DNA of 64,000 nucleotides from an uncultured Phycisphaerales bacterium (GTDB lineage Bacteria; Planctomycetota; Phycisphaerae; Tepidisphaerales; Tepidisphaeraceae), in NCBI GenBank assembly GCA_963758525.1, contig CAVWVQ010000002.1, forward strand, positions 288,001-352,000, read 5' to 3'. Shown in pieces: positions 9,306 to 19,437 of this stretch. The stretch's first letter is position 1, and each line of letters begins with the position of its first letter. The notes below the pieces were generated by a model, which did no database searches, was not told the origin of the DNA, and worked only from the letters and a program-made list of their open reading frames with translations. The position numbers and the translations under genes were made by a program.

Positions 9306-11114
9306 CTACGTTGCCGCCGGCGCCGGCTCGTCTTCGAGCTTGAGTTGGTGCCGCGCCATCTGGTAGTAATGTCCGCGCAGCGCCAGCAACTCTTCGTGGT
9401 TCCCCTGCTCCACGATTCGGCCCGCATCCATCACGTAAATGCAATCGCAATCAAAGGTGGTGCTGAGCCGATGGCTCACGAGAACGATCGTGCGCTTGCC
9501 CTTCAGGGCGGTCAGCGTCTGCGTGATCATCAGCTCGTTGTGCGCGTCCAGGGCGCTGGTCGGTTCATCGAGCACGAGAATCGGCGCTTCGGTCGCCAGC
9601 GCCCGCGCGATGCTGATGCGCTGGCGTTGTCCGCCGGAGAGGTTCTGGCCCCCTTCGTCGAGTTGCGTGTCGTATTTATGCTGCATCTCTTCGATAAAAT
9701 CCGCGGCTCCGGCCAGTTCCGCGGCGTGACGGATTTCCTGCGGGGTCGCGCCCGGGCGGCCATAGGCGATGTTGTCCGACACGCTCGCCGCGAGGATCGC
9801 ATTTTCCTGGAGGACCAGCGCGATGTGTTGCCGGAGAGATCGCAGCTTGATGCCGCGCAGGTCGTGGCCGTCCAGCAGAATCGAACCTTCCGTCGGATCA
9901 TAAAATCGCGGGAGCAGATTGAGCAGGCTGGATTTTCCGACCCCGCTGGAGCCGACGAAGGCCACCATCTGCCCGGGCAGAACCGCGGCGCTCACGTCCC
10001 GCAGCACCGGTTGCTCCGGTCGATAGTGAAAGCTGACGTTTCGCAGCTCGAGCTTGCGCGGCTGCTTCGCCAGGGCGATCGCATCGGGCGCGTCCTTGAT
10101 CAGCACCGGCGTGTCGAGAATCTCATACACGCGCGCCAAGCCCGCCATGTAGCGCCGCATGTCGGAGCCGCTGCCGCTTAACTTGTAGAGCGGATCGTAG
10201 AGCTGCGTCAGAAGGTAGGTGACGAACATCGACAGCTCGCCGATCGTCAACGCGCCGTGCAGCGAGAGATAGCCGCCGTAGGCCATGACCGCGGCAAGAC
10301 CGGCCGCGAAGCTCATTCCCATGATGAACCAATAGATCATGGTGTGAATGTGCATTTTCGCCCAGGCATTGTGGCTGCTTTGAACGCTCTGATTGAAGCG
10401 GGCGTACTCGTCGTCTTCGCGCCCGAATGCCTGCACGAGACCAATCGAGGCGACCGACCGTTGGATGACCGTTGTGAGCTGCGATTCAATCTGCGACGCG
10501 CGCGACGCGGTCGCGAGAATCACGTGCCCGTATTGACGGATCAGGAGGTAGAGGATCGGCATCATCGTGACGGCGATCAGCGCCAGCCGCCAGTTGAGCG
10601 AGAGCATGATGCAGCTCATGAAGAGCAATTTGAGGCAGTTGATGAAGATCGTCTGGACGATGTTAAACGCCGCCTGAAAGGCATTGGTGTCGCTTCCCAG
10701 CCGGTAGATCGTGTCTCCCTGCGTGCGGGAGCGGTGGTAGCCGAGGCTCAATTCCTGCAGCTTTCGGTACAGCTCGCTGCGCACGTGCAAGAGGCCGTTG
10801 AATCCAATTTTGATCTTGATGATGCCATTCCCCATGCTCACCAGTTCCTGGATGAGCCGCAGAAACAGCGTGATTCCCGCAAGCAGAAGGACCTGCTGCA
10901 TTTTCCCGGCGGGCGCGATCTTGAAGAACAGGCGATAATCCCATTTGGTTGGCCCGACCACCCCGAGCACGCAGTCCATCAGGACCGCGAGCGGTATCGG
11001 CTGAGCCAGTTCGGCAAGCGTGGAGACACCGATCAAGATCGTGGAAAGGATCACCCCTGCCAGATCGTTGCGGTAATACTTGGCGGCACGGACGTAAGCG
11101 CGGGTGACAGTCAT
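9306..11114 (-). CDS. ABC exporter, fused permease/ATPase (MsbA/NdvA-like)
   Basis: N-terminal TM domain; Walker A GSSGVGKS, LSGGQRQR signature, LVLDEPTSALD, SHRL. Confidence 0.92.
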   Translation of the reverse strand: MTVTRAYVRAAKYYRNDLAGVILSTILIGVSTLAELAQPIPLAVLMDCVLGVVGPTKWDYRLFFKIAPAGKMQQVLLLAGITLFLRLIQELVSMGNGIIKIKIGFNGLLHVRSELYRKLQELSLGYHRSRTQGDTIYRLGSDTNAFQAAFNIVQTIFINCLKLLFMSCIMLSLNWRLALIAVTMMPILYLLIRQYGHVILATASRASQIESQLTTVIQRSVASIGLVQAFGREDDEYARFNQSVQSSHNAWAKMHIHTMIYWFIMGMSFAAGLAAVMAYGGYLSLHGALTIGELSMFVTYLLTQLYDPLYKLSGSGSDMRRYMAGLARVYEILDTPVLIKDAPDAIALAKQPRKLELRNVSFHYRPEQPVLRDVSAAVLPGQMVAFVGSSGVGKSSLLNLLPRFYDPTEGSILLDGHDLRGIKLRSLRQHIALVLQENAILAASVSDNIAYGRPGATPQEIRHAAELAGAADFIEEMQHKYDTQLDEGGQNLSGGQRQRISIARALATEAPILVLDEPTSALDAHNELMITQTLTALKGKRTIVLVSHRLSTTFDCDCIYVMDAGRIVEQGNHEELLALRGHYYQMARHQLKLEDEPAPAAT

Positions 11115-13807
11115 CAGGCGACCGACGCGGTTCCTTCCTCGAAATCCAGATCCGGATCGCGCGCAGCGACAGGCTGCGGCACGGACTCCGCCTGTGGCGC
11201 CGGCGTGGCAATCTCCGCAATGGGCTTGGGGGCCTCTGCCGCGGGTTTCTTGGCGAGCACGGGATAAAAGCCGGCCTTCTCAGCCGCGGCGTCGATCAGG
11301 CCCAGGGCCGGATTGACCACGCGCCAGCGATTGACCAGATACATGCTCCACCATGCCATCGGAATCAGCAGCGCAGGCCTGCTGAACGGCCAGGTATGAT
11401 AAATGAGCAGGCCGGCCAGAATGCAGCTTGCTCCGAGCAGCGCGAAGCAGAAGTTGCTCATGATCGGCTCGACGCGGATGCGCGTGAGCTTGCCGACGTG
11501 ATGATGATGCTCGGTGGCAGTCGTCAGCCGGATTTTGATATACCGGCTGCCGAAGATTTCCAGATCCCATCCGTTCCATCCGCTGTCGAGCCGATAGCGC
11601 CACCCGGCCGCGCGGACTTCTTCGTTGATCTTGTCCAGTAGGACGAATCGGCCGTGCTGCGCGCTCCAGTAGCGCAGGCTCGAATAGTCCGCCGGATCAA
11701 AGGGCAACTCGCGCAAGCGCAGATAGCCGCTGGCGTCGCGCCGCATCACCTTGTTCTTCAGCCGCACTGAATAGCGTGCCCAGCCCCGCGTGATTGGCTG
11801 GCGGAAATGCAGCAGTGCGATGAGAGGGCGCGAAAGCCAGTGCGTATGCTTCGTCTGCGGCGCCTGGGCGGCGGCGATGCTGGAAAGCACCATCGGCGTC
11901 AGGAACATCATCAGCGCCACCAGGAGCAGCGGAGGGAATGCCAGCCCCAGAAGGACCACAAACATCGCGAGCAGATGCCATTCGATGCTCATCATCATCA
12001 TGAGCACCAGCGATGCGGGACGACGGTAAATTGTCTGGAACAAACCGGTTCCAAACAGTCCGTGATAGATCACGTCGCCGCCGATGCGAATGCCAATCTC
12101 ATCCCCGCCGTAAATTTTCCCGCGCCAATGGCTGGCGCCCAGCGTGTTGAAGTGATCGGGATGCTTGTACTTGAGCAGGGCCTCGGCTTCGCCGTAGCCG
12201 CGCTGCTGCTTGAGATAGGCCTTGACGGTGTTCCGGCGGTAATGCCACACCTGCGCGGCCGGCGAGAATCCGATCGAGTAGCCCAGGTCCTGCAGACGCC
12301 AGATGACATCGACGTCGTCGCCCGCCTTGCGGAACTGCGGATCGAACCCGTTCACCTGCTTGAGCGCCCACGTGTAGAACGCCATGTTGCAGCCGGGCAC
12401 GTGCTCGGCGGTGCGATCGTCAACCATTACATGCGTGGGTCCGCCCGGCGAAAGTCCGACGCAATCCGCCACCCAGCTTCCCTCGTCGGGAATCAGATTC
12501 GGGCCGCCCATCCCAACAAAACCGCTGCGAACCAGCGCCAGCGCCAGATAGTAGAGCCAGTCTTCGTCAGCTTCGCAGTCGCTGTCGGTATAGACAACGA
12601 TCTCACCGCGCGCCGCGTTCATGCCGACGTTGCGGGCGAAGCTCAATCCCATGTTCTTCTGGCGGATGTTCCGCACCCAGGGGAATTTCTTGAGAATCTC
12701 CTGAGTGTTGTCGGTGCTCCCGTCGTCAACGAAGACGACTTCAAAATCGGGATATTTGAGCCGCTCCATCGAGCTCAGGCACGATTCAACCGTACTGGCG
12801 CCGTTGTAGGAGCAGACCACAACGCTCACTTTCGGCAGCTTCACATCGGCCACCTGCGGCGCGCGCAGAAAGATCTGCTTCACGGCTTCATACGACGGCT
12901 TGGGCGATCGATCGCGCCGAACCAGCCCGAACGACCAGTCTTCAATCTGGTAGCCGTGGGTGAACCAATCGTCGGTGAAGCTGAAGAGGAAGACGCCGAC
13001 AGCGCCCTCGTCGAAGATGGCGCGCATCTGCGCCGCAAGAATCTCCGCCTGCCGGGGCTCGGAATATTCGCGATACGTATCGATCCCGTATTCGCCCAGC
13101 AGCAACGGCAGATCGCGGGCGATGTTCTGCAGGCGCGCCATATAGTTGCGGAAAACCTGCTCGTCGTGGAGATAGACGTTGAAGCAGACAAAGTCGATCT
13201 TTGACGGCCGCAGGTATTCGGTCGTCGGAAAATTCGCGAAGGTGAAGAGGCAGTTGGGCGCTTCAGACTTGCCCACGTCGATCAAGTCATCGACGAATTC
13301 TTCAATCGCGGACCGTCCGCAGAAGCGCACGATGTCGGGAGGAATTTCATTGACGACGCTGATGGCGAAAATGGCCGGATGATTGCCGCACTCACGGGCG
13401 GCGTTGCGGACGGCGGCCTGCGCCTGTGCGGTGACCTTCGCATCGCCGCAGAACGTCAGATTCTTCGGCCAGCTCACATCCAGAAAAACCTTGAGGCCCA
13501 TTTCCTGGGCCAGATCCAGGAACCAGCGGGGCGGGATGTGATAGACCCGCAGGCAATTGCCTCCCATGTCGGCGATTTGCTGAAAATCGCGCCGGACCTG
13601 CTGCCGCTCCGGAAGAAATAGTCCTTCGCGGTTTTTGGCAAACGGGCCGTAAGTCACGCCCTTCACATAGAACTTGTCGTTCCCCAGCCGGAAGAACTTT
13701 CCGTCACGGCGAACGCGGTCGCTGACCACCTGCGCCAGGCGCTGGCGCGAGCCGGCAAGGAACTGAGCAGACGAGGAGGACGCTGGCTTGGCAGTTACCG
13801 ACGACAT
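11114..13807 (-). CDS. Fusion protein: clan GH-A-like TIM barrel + GT2 glycosyltransferase + TM helices
   Basis: N-terminal FYVKGVTYGPF, VVNEIP, LLGEYG, FSFTDDW; GT2 VVVCSYNG, VDDGSTD, YTDSD, AGDDVD, QQRGYG; hydrophobic C-terminal segments. Confidence 0.85.
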   Translation of the reverse strand: MSSVTAKPASSSSAQFLAGSRQRLAQVVSDRVRRDGKFFRLGNDKFYVKGVTYGPFAKNREGLFLPERQQVRRDFQQIADMGGNCLRVYHIPPRWFLDLAQEMGLKVFLDVSWPKNLTFCGDAKVTAQAQAAVRNAARECGNHPAIFAISVVNEIPPDIVRFCGRSAIEEFVDDLIDVGKSEAPNCLFTFANFPTTEYLRPSKIDFVCFNVYLHDEQVFRNYMARLQNIARDLPLLLGEYGIDTYREYSEPRQAEILAAQMRAIFDEGAVGVFLFSFTDDWFTHGYQIEDWSFGLVRRDRSPKPSYEAVKQIFLRAPQVADVKLPKVSVVVCSYNGASTVESCLSSMERLKYPDFEVVFVDDGSTDNTQEILKKFPWVRNIRQKNMGLSFARNVGMNAARGEIVVYTDSDCEADEDWLYYLALALVRSGFVGMGGPNLIPDEGSWVADCVGLSPGGPTHVMVDDRTAEHVPGCNMAFYTWALKQVNGFDPQFRKAGDDVDVIWRLQDLGYSIGFSPAAQVWHYRRNTVKAYLKQQRGYGEAEALLKYKHPDHFNTLGASHWRGKIYGGDEIGIRIGGDVIYHGLFGTGLFQTIYRRPASLVLMMMMSIEWHLLAMFVVLLGLAFPPLLLVALMMFLTPMVLSSIAAAQAPQTKHTHWLSRPLIALLHFRQPITRGWARYSVRLKNKVMRRDASGYLRLRELPFDPADYSSLRYWSAQHGRFVLLDKINEEVRAAGWRYRLDSGWNGWDLEIFGSRYIKIRLTTATEHHHHVGKLTRIRVEPIMSNFCFALLGASCILAGLLIYHTWPFSRPALLIPMAWWSMYLVNRWRVVNPALGLIDAAAEKAGFYPVLAKKPAAEAPKPIAEIATPAPQAESVPQPVAARDPDLDFEEGTASVA

Positions 13808-14064
13808 AGACGCAAACCTTTGGAAGCAGACTATCTTAGGAAACTATACCACACCCACCTACGGAAAAATTCAACAGCAAAAGTGCCGCCACAAAGCAGA
13901 CAATGTCAGGCGAGCACTGGTTGGGAAGAAATATTCCGTCGATTATCAACACTGTCCGATAATTGTTGCGCGGAGGCTCAGCGACGAGGGGCGCGCCCAA
14001 ATCCGGGAACTGCTTTCCGGCCTGCTCCCCTCGTAGCCGGGGGGAGGAACAAGGTGGGGGCAAG

Positions 14065-14181
14065 CAGAAATGTCCAAGGCCCAATGGCCAACAAAGCACC
14101 AAACCCCAAATCCCAAGGCTAATTCTCGCATTGGTCATTGCGGCTTGGGATTTTGTTGGCCATTGGGAATTGGCCATTTCT
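14065..14181. repeat. Heptamer-type palindromic repeat (CCCAATG/CCCAAAT family)
   Basis: AGAAATGTCCAAGGCCCAATGGCCAACAAA...TTTGTTGGCCATTGGGAATTGGCCATTTCT; related to the core of 2211-2396. Confidence 0.75.
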
Positions 14182-14198
14182 TCGTCACGCCCGTCGGG

Positions 14199-14341
14199 GG
14201 GTGTAACTTTTATTTGTGGCGATTGCAGATTTTGCGATCGTAGGGCGGGATTCATCCCGCCGTTTTCTCAGCCGGCCAACAAATCGGCGGGATGAATCCC
14301 GCCCTACTCGGAGCCGATCGCCACTTTCGAGCGCCACACCC
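14199..14341. mobile_element. 143-bp MITE, second copy (inverted relative to 610-752)
   Basis: 8-bp direct repeat CCGTCGGG at 14191-14198 and 14342-14349; identical by eye to the reverse complement of 610-752. Confidence 0.9.
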
Positions 14342-14455
14342 CCGTCGGGCCAGTCGCTGGTTCGGCGTTGACCGACGCACATCCTCCAGCTAAAAGTGCG
14401 CATCATCGGAGCGATCGCCTCATCCTGTCGAAACCCCCAACCGTGAACTCCCACC

Positions 14456-15328
14456 ATGCGCCTCTCCATCGACCAGGTCGTTGATTCCTTCGGGATCGCG
14501 ACCGAAGAGAATCTCGGCGAACCCGCCCGCAACCAGCAGATCGTCGAGCTTCCCGGCGAGGGAGAGCTGTGGATTGCCGGAGATATCCATGACCATCGCC
14601 GCAACTTCGAGCGCATCGTTCAGGCGGCCGATCTGGGCAGCCATCGCTCGCGTCATCTGATTCTCCAGGAGCTGATCCATGGCGACCGATTTGATGCAAA
14701 GGGAGCCGACGGCAGCTGGGAAATCCTCTATCGCGCGGCGGAACTCAAATGCGACTTCCCCAATCAGGTTCATTTCCTGATGGCCAACCACGATCTGGCT
14801 CAGATCTTTGGCGAAGGAATCATGAAGGCGGGGTTGAGCGTCTGCGAGGCGTTCAACTCCGGGATCCGCCGCGATTTCGGAAATCGCTTCGGCCTGGTCA
14901 ACGCGTCGATCACCGAATTTCTCCTCTCCATGCCCCTGGCGGTCAGGACTGCAAATGGGTTGTTCGCATGTCACAGCCTGCCTGCTGATCAGGAGATTGA
15001 TTCGTTCGACTACGGTGTTCTCTCCCGCGAACTGACCGGCGCCGACTACCTGCGAAAGACCGGTCCGGTTTATCAATTGGTCTGGGGTCGTAACATCACC
15101 CCCGCCGCCACCGCGCGATTCGCCGAGAAAGTCGGGGCGCGCCTTTTGATCACCGGCCATCAGCCTCAAGAGTCGGGGTTCCTGGTCAACGGGGAACACC
15201 ATCTCATTATCGCCACCGATCACAATCACGGCGTGGTGTTGCGGGCGAATCTCGCGGAGCAGTATACGATGGAAACGCTGACACCCTGCGTCGAGGCCGT
15301 GGCCGCGCTGGGACATGAATTCGAATGA
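14456..15328 (+). CDS. Calcineurin-like metallophosphoesterase
   Basis: GDIHD, QELIHG (variant of GDxxD), ANHD, CHS, ITGHQ motifs. Confidence 0.8.
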   Translation: MRLSIDQVVDSFGIATEENLGEPARNQQIVELPGEGELWIAGDIHDHRRNFERIVQAADLGSHRSRHLILQELIHGDRFDAKGADGSWEILYRAAELKCDFPNQVHFLMANHDLAQIFGEGIMKAGLSVCEAFNSGIRRDFGNRFGLVNASITEFLLSMPLAVRTANGLFACHSLPADQEIDSFDYGVLSRELTGADYLRKTGPVYQLVWGRNITPAATARFAEKVGARLLITGHQPQESGFLVNGEHHLIIATDHNHGVVLRANLAEQYTMETLTPCVEAVAALGHEFE

Positions 15329-15338
15329 GGGCTTCGTC

Positions 15339-15492
15339 AAATCCGAATGACGAAACCGCCCGGGGAAAATCCGAATGACGAAACCAGAAACCAGAATCAA
15401 GCCCGAATGACGAATGACTGAATGAAGATTGCGTTTTGGAGACCCAAACGAACTTTCAAGTTTCTTCATTCGGTCATTCGTCATTCGGGTTT
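15339..15492. repeat. AATGACG/CGTCATT heptamer-type palindromic repeat
   Basis: Repeated CCGAATGACGAA units followed by inverted TTCATTCGGTCATTCGTCATTCGG. Confidence 0.75.
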
Positions 15493-15592
15493 CCCAGGCT
15501 TCCCGCGACGCCGGGGGTGACCTCCCGATCGAGACAACCCCCCGATCCATCCGTAGAATCACCAGATCGAGTCTTTTGCTCGCACTTGCGCC

Positions 15593-16828
15593 ATGAGCGT
15601 TCAAAATTCAACTTTGTCATGGATCGCCGGTCAGCAGTCGGCGATGGAATCGCTCCTGCGTGAACTGTGTGACATCAACAGCGGCAGCGAAAATCTTGCC
15701 GGGCTGGCGAACGTGAGCGCGGCGCTCCAGCCGAGGCTCTCGCGATTGGGCGGAGAGATTCGCCGGATCGGTCTGGCCGACCGCGCGACTGTCAATTCCT
15801 GCGGGCAACTCGAGCAGTCGCCGCTTGCGCCGGCGATTTCTGTTCGCAAGCGGCCCGACGCGCCGCTGCGGGTTTTTCTCGGCATTCATATCGACACCGT
15901 CTATGGCCCCGAATCGGCGTTCCAAAAGGTCATAGCCAGCGGAGCCGATCGATGGGTCGGCCCGGGCGTGGTTGATGCCAAGGGGGGACTTGTGGTTCTG
16001 CTGGCAGCGCTCGAAGCTTTTGAAAGGAGCGATGCCGCCGATCGAATCGGCTGGGAGATCCTGCTCAATCCCGATGAGGAAATCGGATCGCCCGGGTCCG
16101 GTCCGCTCTTCGCGCAAGCGGCAAAGCGCAATCATTTCGGCCTGCTCTTTGAACCGGCGCTTCCGGACGGCAACCTCGTGTCGTCCAGGAAGGGATCATG
16201 GAATTACGCGCTGGTCGTTCGTGGTGTATCGGCGCACGTCGGCAGGGACATTTCCGCCGGCCGCAACGCGATTCATGCGCTGGCTCGCTGCATCACAGCC
16301 ATCGCCGCGATGCAGGATTTGGACCGCGGGGTCACCGTCAATGTCGGCCGCATCGAGGGCGGCGGCCCGACGAATGTTGTCCCTGATCTGGCAATCTGCC
16401 GATTCAACGTGCGATGCAATGACCTTCCCGAGCACGCGCGCGTCGCGGCCCAGCTGCGCGGCCTGGTCGCTGGGACGAACGCCAACGGTATCGCCGCCGA
16501 GCTGCACGGGACGGCGAGTTGTCCGCCGAAACCGATCGACGACGCCACAGCGAGGCTCTTCGACACCGTGTCTCTCTGCGGAAAGGATTTGGGCTTGCAT
16601 CTGACGTGGCGTCCGACCGGCGGCGTCTGCGACGGCAATCGTCTGGCCGCGGCCGGGCTTCCCACCATTGACACCATGGGTCCTCGCGGAGGAAATCTTC
16701 ACAGCGATTCGGAGTACATTATCCTCGAAAGCCTCATGGAGCGGGCGTCGCTCTGTGCGATGGTCTTGCTTCATTTTGCTCAAAGTAAAGACTCTTCCCC
16801 CGTGGCATGGGCGTCTTGCCCATGCTAG
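15593..16828 (+). CDS. M20-family amidohydrolase, first gene of the ast operon (probable desuccinylase)
   Basis: INSGS, HIDTV, GPGVVDAKGG, DEEIGS, SAHVG, GGVCDGN, NLHS..EY M20 motifs. Confidence 0.85.
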   Translation: MSVQNSTLSWIAGQQSAMESLLRELCDINSGSENLAGLANVSAALQPRLSRLGGEIRRIGLADRATVNSCGQLEQSPLAPAISVRKRPDAPLRVFLGIHIDTVYGPESAFQKVIASGADRWVGPGVVDAKGGLVVLLAALEAFERSDAADRIGWEILLNPDEEIGSPGSGPLFAQAAKRNHFGLLFEPALPDGNLVSSRKGSWNYALVVRGVSAHVGRDISAGRNAIHALARCITAIAAMQDLDRGVTVNVGRIEGGGPTNVVPDLAICRFNVRCNDLPEHARVAAQLRGLVAGTNANGIAAELHGTASCPPKPIDDATARLFDTVSLCGKDLGLHLTWRPTGGVCDGNRLAAAGLPTIDTMGPRGGNLHSDSEYIILESLMERASLCAMVLLHFAQSKDSSPVAWASCPC

Positions 16829-16910
16829 CGACGTGGGAGCAGGAGAACCTTCGATAGCGAGATCTTTCTTAAGCTCGACGCCGCTAGCATGGGCGGGACG
16901 CCCATGCCAC
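16802..16910. repeat. GTGG-type REP doublet overlapping the M20 gene 3' end
   Basis: GTGGCATGGGCGTCTTGCCCATGCTAGCG...CGCTAGCATGGGCGGGACGCCCATGCCAC. Confidence 0.8.
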
Positions 16911-16936
16911 GGAGAGACGGGCAGACGGTGGCCGTG

Positions 16937-18344
16937 ATGACTGAACATCCCGCAAACCAGACGCTTGCTCCGCTCGCGGCAGACGCCTTTCTGGCTGACC
17001 CGCGCGTCGCGGCTGCGCGCACAATGTTGCTTGACGCACTTGCCGGCCATCAGCGAACTCTCACCGGCGTCCGCCCCGCCGATCCGGCGCGTGTCAGACT
17101 ACGAACAGACCCTCAAAAGCTTCGCCGCCCTGCGCGGCGGCGAGCTTTATTATCCCTATCTCGGCAGCGGCATCGGCAACGGAGCGTTGGTGGAACTGGC
17201 TGACGGAAGCGTCAAGTATGACATGATCAGCGGGATCGGCGTTCATTATTTCGGGCACGGCCATCGGATCGTCGTCGGCGCCGCGCTGGACGCGGCGCTA
17301 TCTGACATCGTGATGCAGGGAAACCTTCAACAAGACCGCGAGGCAGTGGAACTCACCACCCTGCTCATCGAGCAGGCCTGCATCGGCGGCGCGCAGCTCT
17401 CCCACTGCCTGCTGACCACGAGCGGAGCAATGGCCAACGAAAACGCCCTCAAGATCGCGTTTCAGAAGAAGCATCCCGCCCAGCGGTTGCTCGCATTCGA
17501 ACATTGCTTTGCCGGCAGGACGATGGCGCTGGCGCAGGTGACTGACAAAGCCGCCTACCGCGTCGGTCTGCCGCCGATGCTTGCGGTGGACTACGTCCCC
17601 TTTTTTGACCCTGACGCGCGCGAGCAGAGCACCTCCGCAGCGCTGCGTGCCCTGCGCGGGCATTTGGCGCGCTACCCGAGGCAGTACGCCGCCATGGTGC
17701 TGGAATGCGTGCAGGGCGAAGGCGGCTACCATGCGGGCGATTCAGATTTCTTCCTCGCGATCTGCCGGGAATTGCGGAAGCATGAGATCGCGATCATCTT
17801 CGACGAGGTGCAGACCTTCGGCCGAACCACGCGGCTCTTCGCTTTCCAGCATTTCGGCCTCGAAGAATTCGCCGACATCGTGACCATCGGCAAACTCAGC
17901 CAGCTCTGCGCCACGCTCTTCGCGCCCCACTACAAGCCTCAGCCGGGCTTGATCAGTCAGACGTTTACCGCCGGCACGGCCGCTCTCTTCACCGGCCGCG
18001 CCATCATCCGCGAACTCGTCGACGGCAACTATTTCGGCCCAGCCGGAAAGATTCAGCAGGTGCACGATTGGTTCCGCACCCGCCTGCAGCGGATGGCCAA
18101 GGAGGTTCCAGGCTCCATCTCCGGCCCATTTGGGCTGGGGGCGATGATCGCATTCACTCCCTTTGACGGGTCAGCCGATACCGTAAAGGGCTTGCTGCAC
18201 CGCCTGTTTGAGCAGGGCGTGATCGCATTCATTGCCGGAAGCAGCCCCGCGAGAATCCGGTTTCTGCCGCCGATCGGCGCGGTGACCGAACAGGACGTAG
18301 ACACCGTCTGTCGAATTCTTGCCAACGCGATGTCGTTGAAATGA
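16937..18344 (+). CDS. astC: Class III PLP aminotransferase (succinylornithine/acetylornithine aminotransferase); frameshift near 17090 probably a sequencing error
   Basis: YDMISGIGV, SGAMANENALK, FAGRT, ECVQGEGG, FDEVQT, TIGK; ast operon context; N-terminal part (MTEHPAN...) in another frame. Confidence 0.75.
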
Positions 18345-18351
18345 CCTGACC

Positions 18352-19431
18352 ATGCTGGTGCTTCGCCCGATCCAACTCGACGATCTCGACCAGTTGATGG
18401 CGCTGGCGACGCTCACGGGCTTCGGCCTGACCACCCTGCCGCGGGATGAAGAACTGCTGCGCGACCGCGTCATTGAGAGCCAGAGCAGCTTCGAGCGAAT
18501 GAGCAAGCGCCCGCGGGGCGAAACGTATCTGTTTGTGCTGGAGGATCTGCGGAACGGAAAAGTGGTGGGCACCTGCGGCATCGTCTCCAAGGTCGGCGGC
18601 TTTGAGCCGTTCTACGCCTACCGCGTGGAGACCTCGATTCACGAATCGGAAATGCTCTCGGTGCGCAAGGAGATCAAAAAGCTCCAGCTCGTGAAGGAGC
18701 ACAACGGCCCCAGCGAAATCGGCAGCCTGTTTCTCTCGCCGCAATATCGCAAGAGCAACAACGGCCGGCTGCTTTCGCTGGGGCGGTTTCTGTTCGTGGC
18801 GGAGCATCTGCAGCGTTTTGACCCGGTGGTCATCGCCGAGATGCGCGGCGTGATCGACGATCGCGGCGCATCGCCCTTCTGGGATGCGATCGGCAAACAC
18901 TTCTTCGAGATCGACTTTCCCCGGGCCGATTTCCTGAGCATGGTGAACAAGAAGTTCATCGCCGATCTGATGCCGACGCATCCGATCTACGTCCCGCTTC
19001 TGCCGCCCGAAGCGCAGGCGGTGATCGGAAAGGTGCACGAGCAGACCGAGCCGGCGCTGAAGATGCTGCAGGACGAAGGCTTTGTCTTCACCAACGAGAT
19101 CGATATTTTTGAAGGCGGTCCCATCGTCAGTTGCAAGCGCGACGACATCAGGACGGTCCGCGAAAGCCGCCGGGCGGTGATTGCGGATGTCGCCGATGAT
19201 CTCACCGGGCCGGACGACTTTGTAGTGTGCAATACGCGCAAGGACTTTCGTGTCTGCAAGGGAGCGGTCGAGACGTCGGCCGATGGTTCGATTCGTTTGA
19301 CCAGCCGCACGGCGCTTTCTTTGAATGTAAAAGTTGGTGATACAATCCGCTTTGCCGCAATTCGCGCCGCACCAGCCGTGGAGGCTTCGGACTTTGTCGC
19401 GGCGGATGCACATCGCGAACTTGGATATTGA
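18352..19431 (+). CDS. astA: Arginine N-succinyltransferase
   Basis: GLTTLP, YLFVLED, SEIGSLFL, LSLGRFLF, IAEMRG, SPFWD, PIYVPLLP, DIFEGGP. Confidence 0.93.
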   Translation: MLVLRPIQLDDLDQLMALATLTGFGLTTLPRDEELLRDRVIESQSSFERMSKRPRGETYLFVLEDLRNGKVVGTCGIVSKVGGFEPFYAYRVETSIHESEMLSVRKEIKKLQLVKEHNGPSEIGSLFLSPQYRKSNNGRLLSLGRFLFVAEHLQRFDPVVIAEMRGVIDDRGASPFWDAIGKHFFEIDFPRADFLSMVNKKFIADLMPTHPIYVPLLPPEAQAVIGKVHEQTEPALKMLQDEGFVFTNEIDIFEGGPIVSCKRDDIRTVRESRRAVIADVADDLTGPDDFVVCNTRKDFRVCKGAVETSADGSIRLTSRTALSLNVKVGDTIRFAAIRAAPAVEASDFVAADAHRELGY

Positions 19432-19437
19432 CGCAGT

